Below, in pieces: positions 44,611 to 54,288 of a DNA stretch of 64,000 bases. The notes under the pieces are model-generated. The model made no database searches. It saw only the letters and a program-made list of their open reading frames with translations, and was not told where the DNA came from. The position numbers were made by a program, and so were the translations under genes. Each line of letters starts with the position of its first letter. Position 1 is the first letter of the stretch. This DNA is from Christensenellaceae bacterium Phil7 (GTDB taxonomy: Bacteria; Bacillota; Clostridia; Christensenellales; CAG-138), in NCBI GenBank assembly GCA_001940845.1, contig MSGV01000023.1, positions 146,312-210,311 of the forward strand. The letters are read 5' to 3'.

Positions 44611-47016
44611 ATGAAGAAAATTCTCAGCATCGTGCTTTCCATTGCGCTTCTGCTGACGGTCATACCCGCAGCGGTAAAAGCGAAAGAATCGCACGAGACA
44701 CGCCTTATAAACCAAGGCTCACTTGAGATAGATGATGATGGCAGTGACGGCTATACCGGGGACTACGTTGTCGTCTACAATCCCGATACCGGTACATACA
44801 ATGGTGCAAGCACCGGCAATATGTCTGGATTGATCGAAACCGATATCGATGAAAGCTTCCGTTCAAACTATGACGATGTTGAAAGCGAAAGGCCCTATAT
44901 CATCGATATTGATGATGCTTTTTTTGATAAAAATGCTGAGAAACCCAGCTATGATGCAGAAAAATCCATTTCGTTCAATGTTGGCGATACGCATACTTTT
45001 TCATTGAATTCAAGCTATTGCCCACTGCCCGGCAGCAATGTTGAATTCGAGGTGCTTGCAAAGGGAGAGCATTGCTATATTTGGACACCGACCTCGAATG
45101 CATCAAATGTCTATCCTCTCGATTCGATAGATGAAAGCTTCGCTGAGCTTTGCGCTAATGAGTTCGATTCCAAGTTTGCTCTCATGCAGTCATCATTTGG
45201 AGACCATACAAATGGAAGCCAGGGTGATGGCAGGCTGAATATCCTTTACTATAATATTGATGATGGTTGGACTCCCGGAAATGGATATGTAGCAGGATTT
45301 TTCTCTTCATCGGATATAGCATCCAATGGAATGCCCGTTTTGAATATCGATACCTATCCTGGCGTGTATTATGTTAATACTGCCGGTGAGGTTATCATCG
45401 ATATTGCGGATACATATGGAACAATGGTTCATGAATACCAGCATTTGATAAACTATTCCGAATGCGGTTATACGGATACCTGGATCAACGAATGCATGAG
45501 CGCAGCAGCAGAGGAGATCTGCTATCCGGGAAGCAGCATTGCTCATCGAATTCAATCCTGGATAGATTATTCATTTTCTGATAATGAGGATTGGCTGAAT
45601 CCTCCTGCAGAGCATGAGTATAATCCTGCATGGAGCCTCCATAACGGATTTTCAATGTATGATTGGAGCAACTGGATTGAAATGTCCGATAGGCTTGCAC
45701 TGTATGCACAGGTTTCACTGTATGCGCAATATATCTATACCCAGTATGGCAATTCGACCTTCCGTCAGATTCTTCAGAAGCTTGCGCAGGGACAGGAATT
45801 CCAGTATGCGTTCCAGAATGTGACCGGACAGAGTGCTTCTGATTTTACGAAAAATTTCAGGATCGCAATGACCGCGAATGATCCAAATTACGAGGATGGT
45901 CTTTACGGTTTCAGGATGCAGGCTGGATATGACCCATCGGAATATCATGATGTTGAAAACCTCTATAACTGGCTTTCTCCTGTTGTATTCACGGGAAATA
46001 GCTGTTCCATCAAGGGCGGCGGCGCAATAACGATCAAACCGGTAGATGGCGTTTATTACCCTCCGGCCGGAGCATCAAGCTCGCTGCAATATTACGGAAT
46101 AACATTGAATAGTATTCCTCCCGAGCCAATAGCACTTACGAATATCGGTCTTGATCCCGAAAGCATAACATTATATGAAGGAGCAGAGACCGTGATCCGC
46201 GCTGTTCGCGAGCCTCTTAATGCTAATAACTGCGAAATGACCTGGGAAATCGCTGATACCAATATTGCAGCTGTTTCAGGCAACAACAGGACGGCTCGCA
46301 TAACAGGCTTGAGCAATGGCACAACCACGCTGACCGTCAGAGCGCATGATCTGCTTAATGACAGGTATTATACTGCGGCAGCAAATATTACGGTAATTCC
46401 TGTGCCCGATCTTAACCAAGCTTTGAATATTGAAGGCGGCACACTTGAATTTTCATCAAATGCTCCATATCGCTGGGAAACAGCGGTAGCTGATGGCAGA
46501 GCCGTAGGTAAGAGCACAAACGGCGGTGTTGACAGTTCTTCATCGACTTTATCTTTAACTGTAAATATGAATGCGGGCGATACTATGAGCTTCGATTGGT
46601 ACGTCAGCAGCGAGAATAATTATGATAAACTTACATTTAAAGTAAATGGAACAGCTCAAGCGGAGATATCAGGAGTCACTGCATGGGAAGAAAGAACCTA
46701 TACAGCTCTGAGTTCGGGAAGTTATACGTTTACATGGGTGTACAGCAAGGATTCGAGCGTCGATAGAAACGATGATTGCGGTTATGTCGATAATGTTTAT
46801 GTTCCGGGTTACTCGGGCGGTGGTGATTATGCTGTCGGAGATGTGGACATGGATGGACATATTACAATAACGGATGCGACATTTGCACAGCGACATGCAA
46901 TGGGGCTGGTTACGCTGAATGAAACTCAACAGCAGCTTGCGGACTTTAATGGGGACGGCAGCATAAATATTACCGATGCGGTTTCCATTATGCGTACTGC
47001 AATGAATCTCGGCTGA
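44611..47016 (+). CDS. secreted HExxH metallopeptidase-like protein with Big_2 domain and C-terminal type I dockerin
   Basis: 801 aa. Signal peptide (LLLTVIPAAVKA). MVHEYQHLINY (HExxH). Big_2-like segment (ITLYEGAETV...TLTVRA). Dockerin repeats DVDMDGHITITDA and DFNGDGSINITDA. Confidence 0.75.
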   Translation: MKKILSIVLSIALLLTVIPAAVKAKESHETRLINQGSLEIDDDGSDGYTGDYVVVYNPDTGTYNGASTGNMSGLIETDIDESFRSNYDDVESERPYIIDIDDAFFDKNAEKPSYDAEKSISFNVGDTHTFSLNSSYCPLPGSNVEFEVLAKGEHCYIWTPTSNASNVYPLDSIDESFAELCANEFDSKFALMQSSFGDHTNGSQGDGRLNILYYNIDDGWTPGNGYVAGFFSSSDIASNGMPVLNIDTYPGVYYVNTAGEVIIDIADTYGTMVHEYQHLINYSECGYTDTWINECMSAAAEEICYPGSSIAHRIQSWIDYSFSDNEDWLNPPAEHEYNPAWSLHNGFSMYDWSNWIEMSDRLALYAQVSLYAQYIYTQYGNSTFRQILQKLAQGQEFQYAFQNVTGQSASDFTKNFRIAMTANDPNYEDGLYGFRMQAGYDPSEYHDVENLYNWLSPVVFTGNSCSIKGGGAITIKPVDGVYYPPAGASSSLQYYGITLNSIPPEPIALTNIGLDPESITLYEGAETVIRAVREPLNANNCEMTWEIADTNIAAVSGNNRTARITGLSNGTTTLTVRAHDLLNDRYYTAAANITVIPVPDLNQALNIEGGTLEFSSNAPYRWETAVADGRAVGKSTNGGVDSSSSTLSLTVNMNAGDTMSFDWYVSSENNYDKLTFKVNGTAQAEISGVTAWEERTYTALSSGSYTFTWVYSKDSSVDRNDDCGYVDNVYVPGYSGGGDYAVGDVDMDGHITITDATFAQRHAMGLVTLNETQQQLADFNGDGSINITDAVSIMRTAMNLG

Positions 47017-47039
47017 CCGATGATATGATTTAATGAACT

Positions 47040-47070
47040 GGGGATGAACACAACGAATATGTTCATCCCC
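47040..47070. terminator. bidirectional terminator between the dockerin protein gene and rmuC
   Basis: GGGGATGAACA / TGTTCATCCCC arms followed by a T-rich tract. Confidence 0.75.
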
Positions 47071-47085
47071 GATCTTTATTTTGTT

Positions 47086-48432
47086 CTATTCTGCATCTAT
47101 GATAGGCAAGGCTCTGGAGTTGATAGTTTCAACATCCTTCAGTGTTCTGAGTATTGCGCGCGTACGAACACCTATCATTTTATCCAGTTCGGCATTTGCA
47201 GTATTAAGATTTCTTTGAGTCTTTTCAAGCACATCATTGAATGTCTGAAATTCCTTCTTTATATCGGAAAGGATTTTCCATACCTCTCCGCTGCGCTTTT
47301 GAATGGCAACGGTTTGGAAGCCCATTCTAAGGCTATTCAGAAGCACTGCCATCGTTGATGGACCGGCAATATTAACCCGATAATCGTGCTGCAATTTTTC
47401 AATCAGTCCAAGGCGTACCGCTTCGGCATACAATCCCTCGGTGGGCAGAAACATTATTGCGAAATCGGTTGTGCGCGGCGGATTTATGTATTTATCTCGA
47501 ATGGTTTTGGCGCAGGCTTTCAATGTATCTATGAGCGTTTTCCGGGCGGACGTGATGGTATCGGGATCGCCTGAATCATATGCATCCACAAGGCCGGAGT
47601 ATGTATCGGCAGGGAATTTGCTGTCGATGGGCAGATAAACTGCGTCATTACCATCGGCAGGCATTTTTACGGCAAATTCAACTCTTTCAGTGCTATTTTG
47701 CTTCTTAGCATCAAAATTTCGTTCGTATTGCTCCGGTGCGAGGATCTCTTCAAGAATTGCGCCAAGCTGCAATTCTCCGAGGTTGCCTCGGGTTTTCACA
47801 TTTGAGAGCACTTTTTTCAAATCTCCGACGCCTGCGGCAAGGCTCTGCATCTCACCAAGCCCCTTATGAACCTCTGCAAGCCTATCATTTATAAGCTTGA
47901 AATTTTCATTAAAGCGCTCATTCAGCGTGCGCTGAAGCTTTTCATCCACAACTCCGCGAATCTCATCCATATGCTTATCATTGCTCTCTCGCATTTGCCG
48001 CATCTGCTCAAGGCAATTGCTTTCAAAAGATTTATACCTACCCTCATTTTGTATTGCAGAAGCATCAAAGCTCTTTCTAATGCTGTCAAGGCTCTCATTC
48101 ATTAGTCTTTGCTGGGCATCAAGACGAACCGCAATCGAATTTTCCATCGCTGTCTGACGATCGGCAAGCTGCTTGCCAATTGCATCCAGGCGAATTCCAA
48201 ACGCTTCATTGAGCCCTGTACGCAATTCGGATATGCTCCGATAGCTGCTTTCGCTGCTTGCATCCAGCTCGGCATATATACGTGTTTCAAGCTCAGAAAT
48301 CAATTTGGAAAGGTCTTCATAGAGCTCATCCCGTTTGGCCTCGGAATGATTATTTTTTCTTAAAATAATGATGATGATTGATGATGAAATCAGAATGGTC
48401 AGCAAGATAACAATAAATTGCCAAATCTGCAT
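47086..48432 (-). CDS. rmuC: DNA recombination protein RmuC
   Basis: 448 aa. N-terminal TM helix, long coiled-coil and a C-terminal RmuC nuclease-like region (FAIMFLPTEGLYAE). Confidence 0.85.
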   Translation of the reverse strand: MQIWQFIVILLTILISSSIIIIILRKNNHSEAKRDELYEDLSKLISELETRIYAELDASSESSYRSISELRTGLNEAFGIRLDAIGKQLADRQTAMENSIAVRLDAQQRLMNESLDSIRKSFDASAIQNEGRYKSFESNCLEQMRQMRESNDKHMDEIRGVVDEKLQRTLNERFNENFKLINDRLAEVHKGLGEMQSLAAGVGDLKKVLSNVKTRGNLGELQLGAILEEILAPEQYERNFDAKKQNSTERVEFAVKMPADGNDAVYLPIDSKFPADTYSGLVDAYDSGDPDTITSARKTLIDTLKACAKTIRDKYINPPRTTDFAIMFLPTEGLYAEAVRLGLIEKLQHDYRVNIAGPSTMAVLLNSLRMGFQTVAIQKRSGEVWKILSDIKKEFQTFNDVLEKTQRNLNTANAELDKMIGVRTRAILRTLKDVETINSRALPIIDAE

Positions 48433-48458
48433 TGTGTACCTCCTTGGTTTTTCATAAA

Positions 48459-48490
48459 ATCAAAGCGGGCCTTCGACGCACCGCTTTGAT
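48459..48490 (-). terminator. intrinsic terminator after the surface protein gene
   Basis: ATCAAAGCGG / CCGCTTTGAT arms. On the minus strand it is followed by TTTTAT. Confidence 0.7.
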
Positions 48491-48520
48491 ATAATAAATG
48501 TGTTGTCAGTCCGAATCGAT

Positions 48521-50269
48521 TCAAGCATCGCCGCCCTGGTCGGCGCCTTCATCCTTGAGTTTCTTTTTCAGCATGATTTCAGCAACTGCAAGGGCTATTA
48601 CTGCAACCAACACGATTGCGACTAATACTCCGAGAACCGTATATATGATGCTTAGTTTTTCACCGGTAGAAGTAAGCAGGGAATCAAGCTTATGCCCGAG
48701 CTCGGGATCTTCCACAACGGTGGGATCAGCAGGCTTCGGGGTTTCACCGGCAGGAAGTATTTCGCCTTCATAATTGGCGTTCAATGCAAGATTATAGGTG
48801 TATTCATTGCCCGAAAGATCCTTAGCCGAGAGTGTGAATACAAGCTTGCGCGGTTCATCTATCTTGATGTCACGCGGAATGGATAATGCTGTTGCGGATG
48901 GGCGCAGCACATCGAATTGATCGATAAGTATACCGATCTCCTTTTCTTCAATGCTAACATCGGTATAATCCATCGAGCCCGTGTTTCGAATATTGAATAT
49001 TAACGAAATAACATTATCTGCATTTAAAGGCTCACTGATCTCAACGCTGAAATCAATACCGAGCTGCGATGGATCGATGTATGGACGGACGGGACAGCTT
49101 GAAGTATTATCATAGAACGGAGTGTTTTCATTCATACCGCTTATGCTGAAGACGACATAACGCACAGTCTCCGGATTTGGTACAAAATATTCTATTATCT
49201 TTGTTTCGCCTATGGCGAGGTTGAATCCGCTGGCAATGGTCTTTCCAAGATCATCACGTACAATTAATCCGCTGAGCAGGCAATTGCCGTTATTAGTGAG
49301 ATACAGGGTAAGCATAACCCCATTTTCATCCGCTTCGCCTATTACGATCTCTTTTGAGAGCTGGGCATTCATAAGACCGAGCGTCTGCTTGGGTGCGGAT
49401 ACCGAAAGCACAGCACTGCTGCCGGATGGAGTAAAGGTTGCAACAGGCTTTGATACAACGGATTCACTGCCCATGGTGTACGTATACTTATATGTGAAGC
49501 TTTTGCCTGAAGCCAGGGAGAATGGAGAAACCATCGGATTGACTCCGGCAATCTTTTCATCAACAAGGCGAATATTATTGAGCGTATGAGAGCCGGTGTT
49601 TACTAAAGTATAGGTTATCACGACCTGCTCACCGCGCACGGCACTGGATTTGCTCATGGTCCTGGTCAGCGTCATGTATGCGGCATTTGCTCTGCCAATT
49701 GTAAGCTGAACCTGATATGAATGGTTTTGCCAGACCGACTCAAAGCGCTCCTGCCAAACAACTGTGAAAGTTAGCGGCATACCGATCATGGTATCGGTAA
49801 CGTGCAAGGTTGCTTTAAATGTTGCAGTTGAACCGGCAGGAATATCCGCAGGTGAGAATGATGCACCATAAGCATTCTGTATCTGTACATTATAGTATGT
49901 GCCTCCGACGTTTACATCCGGACTATCGCTCGGAGAGGGGGATATTTCATCCGTTGCAGTCGGATAGGGGGTTGATGACGGGATGGGAGAGGCGGTTTGA
50001 TGGCCGATATAGTCGGCATCAGCATCATTTCCTCCGCTATATCCGGTATAGCCTGTGTTCGTATTTGTTACCGTTATTGTTACGGTAACATCTCCGGCGG
50101 CGGATAGGCGCGAGGGTGATGCAGAAATGCTTATATTATTCGTTGGTGCTGACGTCTGAGCAGGAGCTGCGGCCAGAATTGCCCTGTTCGATCCGACAAA
50201 GAGCAATGGAAATATCAGTACCGGTATCAGCACAGCCGCAAGCAGTTTATTAATAAATTTATACTTCAA
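48521..50269 (-). CDS. cell-surface protein with about four CARDB/DUF11-like beta-sandwich repeats and a C-terminal TM anchor
   Basis: 582 aa. TTG start 7 nt after GGAGAA. Signal peptide. Recurrent xVxhxhxhxNTG strands (VTITVTNTNTG, ITYTLVNTGSH, LTLYLTNNGNC, LIFNIRNTGSM). C-terminal helix IIYTVLGVLVAIVLVAVIALAVA with a charged tail. Confidence 0.6.
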   Translation of the reverse strand: MKYKFINKLLAAVLIPVLIFPLLFVGSNRAILAAAPAQTSAPTNNISISASPSRLSAAGDVTVTITVTNTNTGYTGYSGGNDADADYIGHQTASPIPSSTPYPTATDEISPSPSDSPDVNVGGTYYNVQIQNAYGASFSPADIPAGSTATFKATLHVTDTMIGMPLTFTVVWQERFESVWQNHSYQVQLTIGRANAAYMTLTRTMSKSSAVRGEQVVITYTLVNTGSHTLNNIRLVDEKIAGVNPMVSPFSLASGKSFTYKYTYTMGSESVVSKPVATFTPSGSSAVLSVSAPKQTLGLMNAQLSKEIVIGEADENGVMLTLYLTNNGNCLLSGLIVRDDLGKTIASGFNLAIGETKIIEYFVPNPETVRYVVFSISGMNENTPFYDNTSSCPVRPYIDPSQLGIDFSVEISEPLNADNVISLIFNIRNTGSMDYTDVSIEEKEIGILIDQFDVLRPSATALSIPRDIKIDEPRKLVFTLSAKDLSGNEYTYNLALNANYEGEILPAGETPKPADPTVVEDPELGHKLDSLLTSTGEKLSIIYTVLGVLVAIVLVAVIALAVAEIMLKKKLKDEGADQGGDA

Positions 50270-50439
50270 TTAAATTCTCCTTCCGGTGCAGGATGCACCA
50301 TTTGGTGTGCATAAATATTCATTTTCAATTATATTCGTTTTTAGTGCCGTTGGCAAGGTATATTTTGAATAACAACGCCAATATGCTGAAAAAGGGCTTT
50401 AAACCATACAAAAACGGGGAAACGGATACAACTATGAAT

Positions 50440-50468
50440 TTGACAAAATCGGACATGTGGTTTAAAAT
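50440..50468 (+). promoter_or_regulatory. sigma-70-type promoter for the E2-like/acyl-CoA ligase pair
   Basis: TTGACA (50440-50445), 17 nt, TAAAAT (50463-50468). Confidence 0.55.
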
Positions 50469-50549
50469 ATCTTTTTAGCGGAGCAATGATTTGGCTGAAT
50501 ATGGGCAATAACGCAGCTGATCAAAATTTGACCTTCGCAAGGGGGAATT

Positions 50550-51440
50550 ATGAAAACTAAGGAGCAAGCCAAGCGCCGAAGAGGCGATCGCAAGGATGCA
50601 TACCTGGTGCGAGATCTCGATTCCATGCATAAATTCGTGCCGTATCTGCTTCCGAACAGATGTGATAACGAAGCCTGTATGAGCGAGCTCATCGATTTGA
50701 CAGAGGTGAATAAGTTCGTAAATAAGCTTAATGAATCCAATCCCGATTTCAATTACACTCTTTTCCATGTGCTTTGCGCAGCAGTGGTTAAGACGATAGC
50801 GCTGCGGCCGCAGCTCAACTGGTTCGTTGCAGGAAATCGCATTTATAATAGAAAAGCTTTAAGCATTTCTTTTGTGGTAAAAAAGAAGTTTGAAGATAAT
50901 TCGTATGAAGCACTTGCGATCTTGAATATCGATAAGGAAGGTGATGCACCGATCGATCAAATCCACGATAAGGTAGAGAAGTTTGTAACCGCTGTGCGCA
51001 AGCACGATAAGCAGGACGGAACTACCGATGCAATGGATGCATTTACGAAGCTGCCGCGTTGGCTGCTTCGCATAGTTGTGCGTATTATTATCTGGCTGGA
51101 CAGCAATGGTTGGCTTCCGGACAGCCTGGCAAAAGAAGATCCATACAATTCGAGCGTTTTCGTAAGCAACCTCGGCAGTATAAAGATGCATGCCAGCTAC
51201 CATCATCTGACGAATTACGGGAATAATTCTTTATTTGTTATTATTGATGAGAAACATATGCACCCGTTTTTCAATGAAGATGGCAGCTATGAGATGCGCG
51301 ATGCACTGCGGCTGGGACTTACAGTGGACGAACGAATTGCCGATGGAATTTATTTTGCAAAGAGTATCAGGCTTCTCAAAAAGCTGCTTGAAAACCCAGA
51401 GCTGCTGAAACTGCCCATTGGTACGCCGGTAGAATACTAA
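50550..51440 (+). CDS. 2-oxoacid dehydrogenase E2 catalytic-domain-like acyltransferase (no lipoyl or PSBD domains)
   Basis: 296 aa. The C-terminal block VFVSNLGSIKM...LGLTVDERIADGIYFAKSIRLLKKLLENPELL aligns with the E2 core (S.NLG...DHRxxDG...F...LE.P). The motif reads DERIADG rather than DHRxxDG. Confidence 0.65.
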   Translation: MKTKEQAKRRRGDRKDAYLVRDLDSMHKFVPYLLPNRCDNEACMSELIDLTEVNKFVNKLNESNPDFNYTLFHVLCAAVVKTIALRPQLNWFVAGNRIYNRKALSISFVVKKKFEDNSYEALAILNIDKEGDAPIDQIHDKVEKFVTAVRKHDKQDGTTDAMDAFTKLPRWLLRIVVRIIIWLDSNGWLPDSLAKEDPYNSSVFVSNLGSIKMHASYHHLTNYGNNSLFVIIDEKHMHPFFNEDGSYEMRDALRLGLTVDERIADGIYFAKSIRLLKKLLENPELLKLPIGTPVEY

Positions 51441-51462
51441 TCTTTATTTGAAAGGAAAACTA

Positions 51463-53199
51463 ATGGAAGCAAAACAATTTAATATGCCTGAAAAGGATGC
51501 CCCTTGGCTCAGATGCTATGGTGATGTGCCGTTTCATCTTGATTATCCCGAATTAAGCATCTCAGATGCGGTATTTGCAACCGCCGAGCGCGAAAAGGAT
51601 TTCGCAGCACTCTCTTTCATGGGCAAGCTATTCAGCTACAGCACTCTTGTGGATAGAATAAATGCTGCGGCAGCCGGATTTATTGCTATGGGAGTCAAGA
51701 GGGGTGATATCGTCACGATATGTATGCCGAATGTTCCTCAGGCGGTATATCTGCTGTATGCGCTGAATCGCATAGGTGCTGTTGCCAGCATGATTCATCC
51801 GCTTTCGGCAGTGCGAGAGATAGTTTACTATTTAAAAGAAGTGAACAGCAGGATTCTTGTCACGCTCGATCAGTTCTATGGCAAGGCAGCAGAGGTTGAA
51901 AAGGAATATGAACTCGATCACGTTATAATAACATCTGCTGCTGATGAGCTGGGATTCGTTAAGAGCACTGCGTTCAAGATTATGAATGCCAAAAAGAATG
52001 GTGTAAATAAGCATGATCCCAAGCTTGTGCTTTGGAATAGCTTCATAAAGGCCGGCAGAAAGATTGATATTACCGATAAGATAGTGCATATGGGTGCAAG
52101 GGATGTTGCCGTCATACTATTCTCAGGCGGAACGACTGGGGTCACAAAGGCTATCCAGCTCAGCAGCCTTAATTTTAATTCTCTGGGGCTACAGACGGCT
52201 GCGATGTGCCATGGTGATATAAGGCACACTCGTATGCTTGCGGCAATGCCCATCTTTCATGGCTTTGGATTGGGGGTATGCATTCATACAATGCTTGAGA
52301 TCGGCGGGACAAGTATTCTGGTTCCTCAATTCAATCCAAAATCATATGCCGAATTGATAAAGACGGAGAAACCGAATTTTATTGCAGGCGTGCCGACTCT
52401 ATTTGAGGCTATCACAAGAAATCCCTATCTCGATGGCGAAAAGCTTGATTATTTGCGCGGCGTTTTTTCCGGAGGGGACTCCCTCTCCATTGAATTGAAA
52501 AAGAAATTCGATGCATTTCTTGAAGCGCATGGTGCTGTGGTTCATGTCCGGGAGGGCTATGGAACTACAGAATGCGTAACTGCAAGCTGCTTGACGCCTT
52601 ATAACCAGGAGCGTGAGGGAAGCATAGGTTTGCCGTATCCCGATACCTATTATACGATCTGTGCGGTCGGTACGAATAATACTGTGCCATATGGTGAACT
52701 GGGCGAAATCTGTCTGCGTGGTCCTTCCGTAATGATAGGATATCTCAATCATGACGAGGAGAATGCAAATACCCTGAGAACTCATGAGGATGGAAATGTC
52801 TGGCTTCATACCGGTGATTTGGGTTATATGGATGAGGATGGCTTTATCTACTTTAAGCAGCGCATCAAAAGGATGATTGTCACAAGCGGATATAATGTTT
52901 ATCCATCCCAGCTGGAAAATATAATTGATGCACACGAATCAGTGCAGATGAGCTGCGTCATTGGCGTTAAAGATCCATATAAGATGCAGAAGGTTAAAGC
53001 ATATATCGTATTGAAAGCAGGCTGCACTCCAAGTCCGGCTTTAAAACAGGATATTTTGGAATATTGCAAAAAGCATATTGCAAAATATGCAATGCCTTAC
53101 GATATAGAATTCCGAGAGGAACTTCCTAAAACCCTGGTTGGCAAAATCGCATACACTGTACTTGAAAAGGAAGCAAATGCGGAGGATGCCGCTGCATAA
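51463..53199 (+). CDS. AMP-dependent synthetase/ligase (long-chain acyl-CoA synthetase-like)
   Basis: About 578 aa from MEAKQFNM (RBS AAAGGAAAA). FSGGTTGVTKA, GYGTTE, TGDLGYMDEDGFIYFKQRIKRMI and GKI motifs. Confidence 0.85.
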   Translation: MEAKQFNMPEKDAPWLRCYGDVPFHLDYPELSISDAVFATAEREKDFAALSFMGKLFSYSTLVDRINAAAAGFIAMGVKRGDIVTICMPNVPQAVYLLYALNRIGAVASMIHPLSAVREIVYYLKEVNSRILVTLDQFYGKAAEVEKEYELDHVIITSAADELGFVKSTAFKIMNAKKNGVNKHDPKLVLWNSFIKAGRKIDITDKIVHMGARDVAVILFSGGTTGVTKAIQLSSLNFNSLGLQTAAMCHGDIRHTRMLAAMPIFHGFGLGVCIHTMLEIGGTSILVPQFNPKSYAELIKTEKPNFIAGVPTLFEAITRNPYLDGEKLDYLRGVFSGGDSLSIELKKKFDAFLEAHGAVVHVREGYGTTECVTASCLTPYNQEREGSIGLPYPDTYYTICAVGTNNTVPYGELGEICLRGPSVMIGYLNHDEENANTLRTHEDGNVWLHTGDLGYMDEDGFIYFKQRIKRMIVTSGYNVYPSQLENIIDAHESVQMSCVIGVKDPYKMQKVKAYIVLKAGCTPSPALKQDILEYCKKHIAKYAMPYDIEFREELPKTLVGKIAYTVLEKEANAEDAAA

Positions 53200-53398
53200 A
53201 GCCATAAATCAATGGGTCGGACAGCGATCAGATATAATTACAAAGGACTCGTATCGGTTTAGGATTATTTTTTACGCCGATGCGAGTCTTTTATACATCG
53301 AAAGCAGATTACAAATTTCATTGCATGTTATCGTTCCTGCAAAATTAAGCCGCATGGTGCATACAATTTAATTGAATAAATGCTTCCAGGGAGGGAAT

Positions 53399-53653
53399 AT
53401 GGCAAATACGACTTTCAATGAACTTCGCGAAAAGGAAATAATCAATATTTGTGATGGCGCAAGATTGGGCAGGATCTGCGATTTGGAGCTTGATGATTGT
53501 ACAGGATTAATATGCTCCATTGTGGTTCCGGGTCCGTCCAAATGGCTTGGCATAATAAAGAATCCTGAAGAATTGGTCATTCCGTTTTGCAAGATTCAGA
53601 AAATAGGCGATGATGTGATCCTCGTAGATATAGATAATCTGGCTTGCAGATAA
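53399..53653 (+). CDS. YlmC/YmxH family sporulation protein (PRC-barrel)
   Basis: 84 aa from MANTTFNELREKEIINICDGARLGRICDLELD (RBS GGGAGGG). Canonical YlmC/YmxH N-terminus. Confidence 0.8.
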   Translation: MANTTFNELREKEIINICDGARLGRICDLELDDCTGLICSIVVPGPSKWLGIIKNPEELVIPFCKIQKIGDDVILVDIDNLACR

Positions 53654-53750
53654 TTGCTGCTGCAAGATAAAAACTATAGGTCATGGTGGCTCAAGAATCG
53701 ACCTTATATAAAACTGACTGGATTTTCTTTTGCTATGGCCGCTAAAAATG

Positions 53751-53780
53751 TTGAAATTATGTTTTAATGTGTGGTATACT
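53751..53780 (+). promoter_or_regulatory. sigma-70-type promoter for nrdR
   Basis: TTGAAA (53751-53756), 18 nt, TATACT (53775-53780) with an upstream TG. It lies inside the longer track ORF. Confidence 0.5.
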
Positions 53781-53823
53781 AAAGTACGGTGGTTTTTCTA
53801 TGCCGCCCGAAAGGAAAAACTTT

Positions 53824-54288
53824 ATGAAATGCAGATATTGTCTTTCGACCGAAAGCAGAGTTATAGATTCAAGACCAACGGATGATGGATCAGCCATACG
53901 CCGACGCAGAGAATGTACCAATTGCGGGAAACGCTTTACCACATACGAGAAGATCGAGGAAATACCTATAACAGTCGTAAAGCGTGACGGGGCAAGGGAG
54001 CCGTTTGATAGCGACAAGATACTATCCGGCATACAGAAAGCCTGCGAAAAAAGACCGGTTTCGCTTGCGGCACAGCATGAGCTTGTGGAGGATGTGACGC
54101 GGGAGCTCTTCAATTCACTGGATCAGGAGGTGACAACGATCCAGATAGGCGAGCTTGTTATGAAACGGCTTAAAGATCTTGATGAGGTTGCCTATGTTCG
54201 CTTTGCATCCGTATACAGATCCTTCCGTGATATAAATACCTTCATGGAAGAATTGAAAACGCTTTTGAAAGAGACAGAAAGCAAATGA
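53824..54288 (+). CDS. nrdR: transcriptional repressor NrdR
   Basis: 154 aa. [18 protein letters not shown]...[12 protein letters not shown] zinc ribbon followed by an ATP-cone. Confidence 0.95.
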   Translation: MKCRYCLSTESRVIDSRPTDDGSAIRRRRECTNCGKRFTTYEKIEEIPITVVKRDGAREPFDSDKILSGIQKACEKRPVSLAAQHELVEDVTRELFNSLDQEVTTIQIGELVMKRLKDLDEVAYVRFASVYRSFRDINTFMEELKTLLKETESK

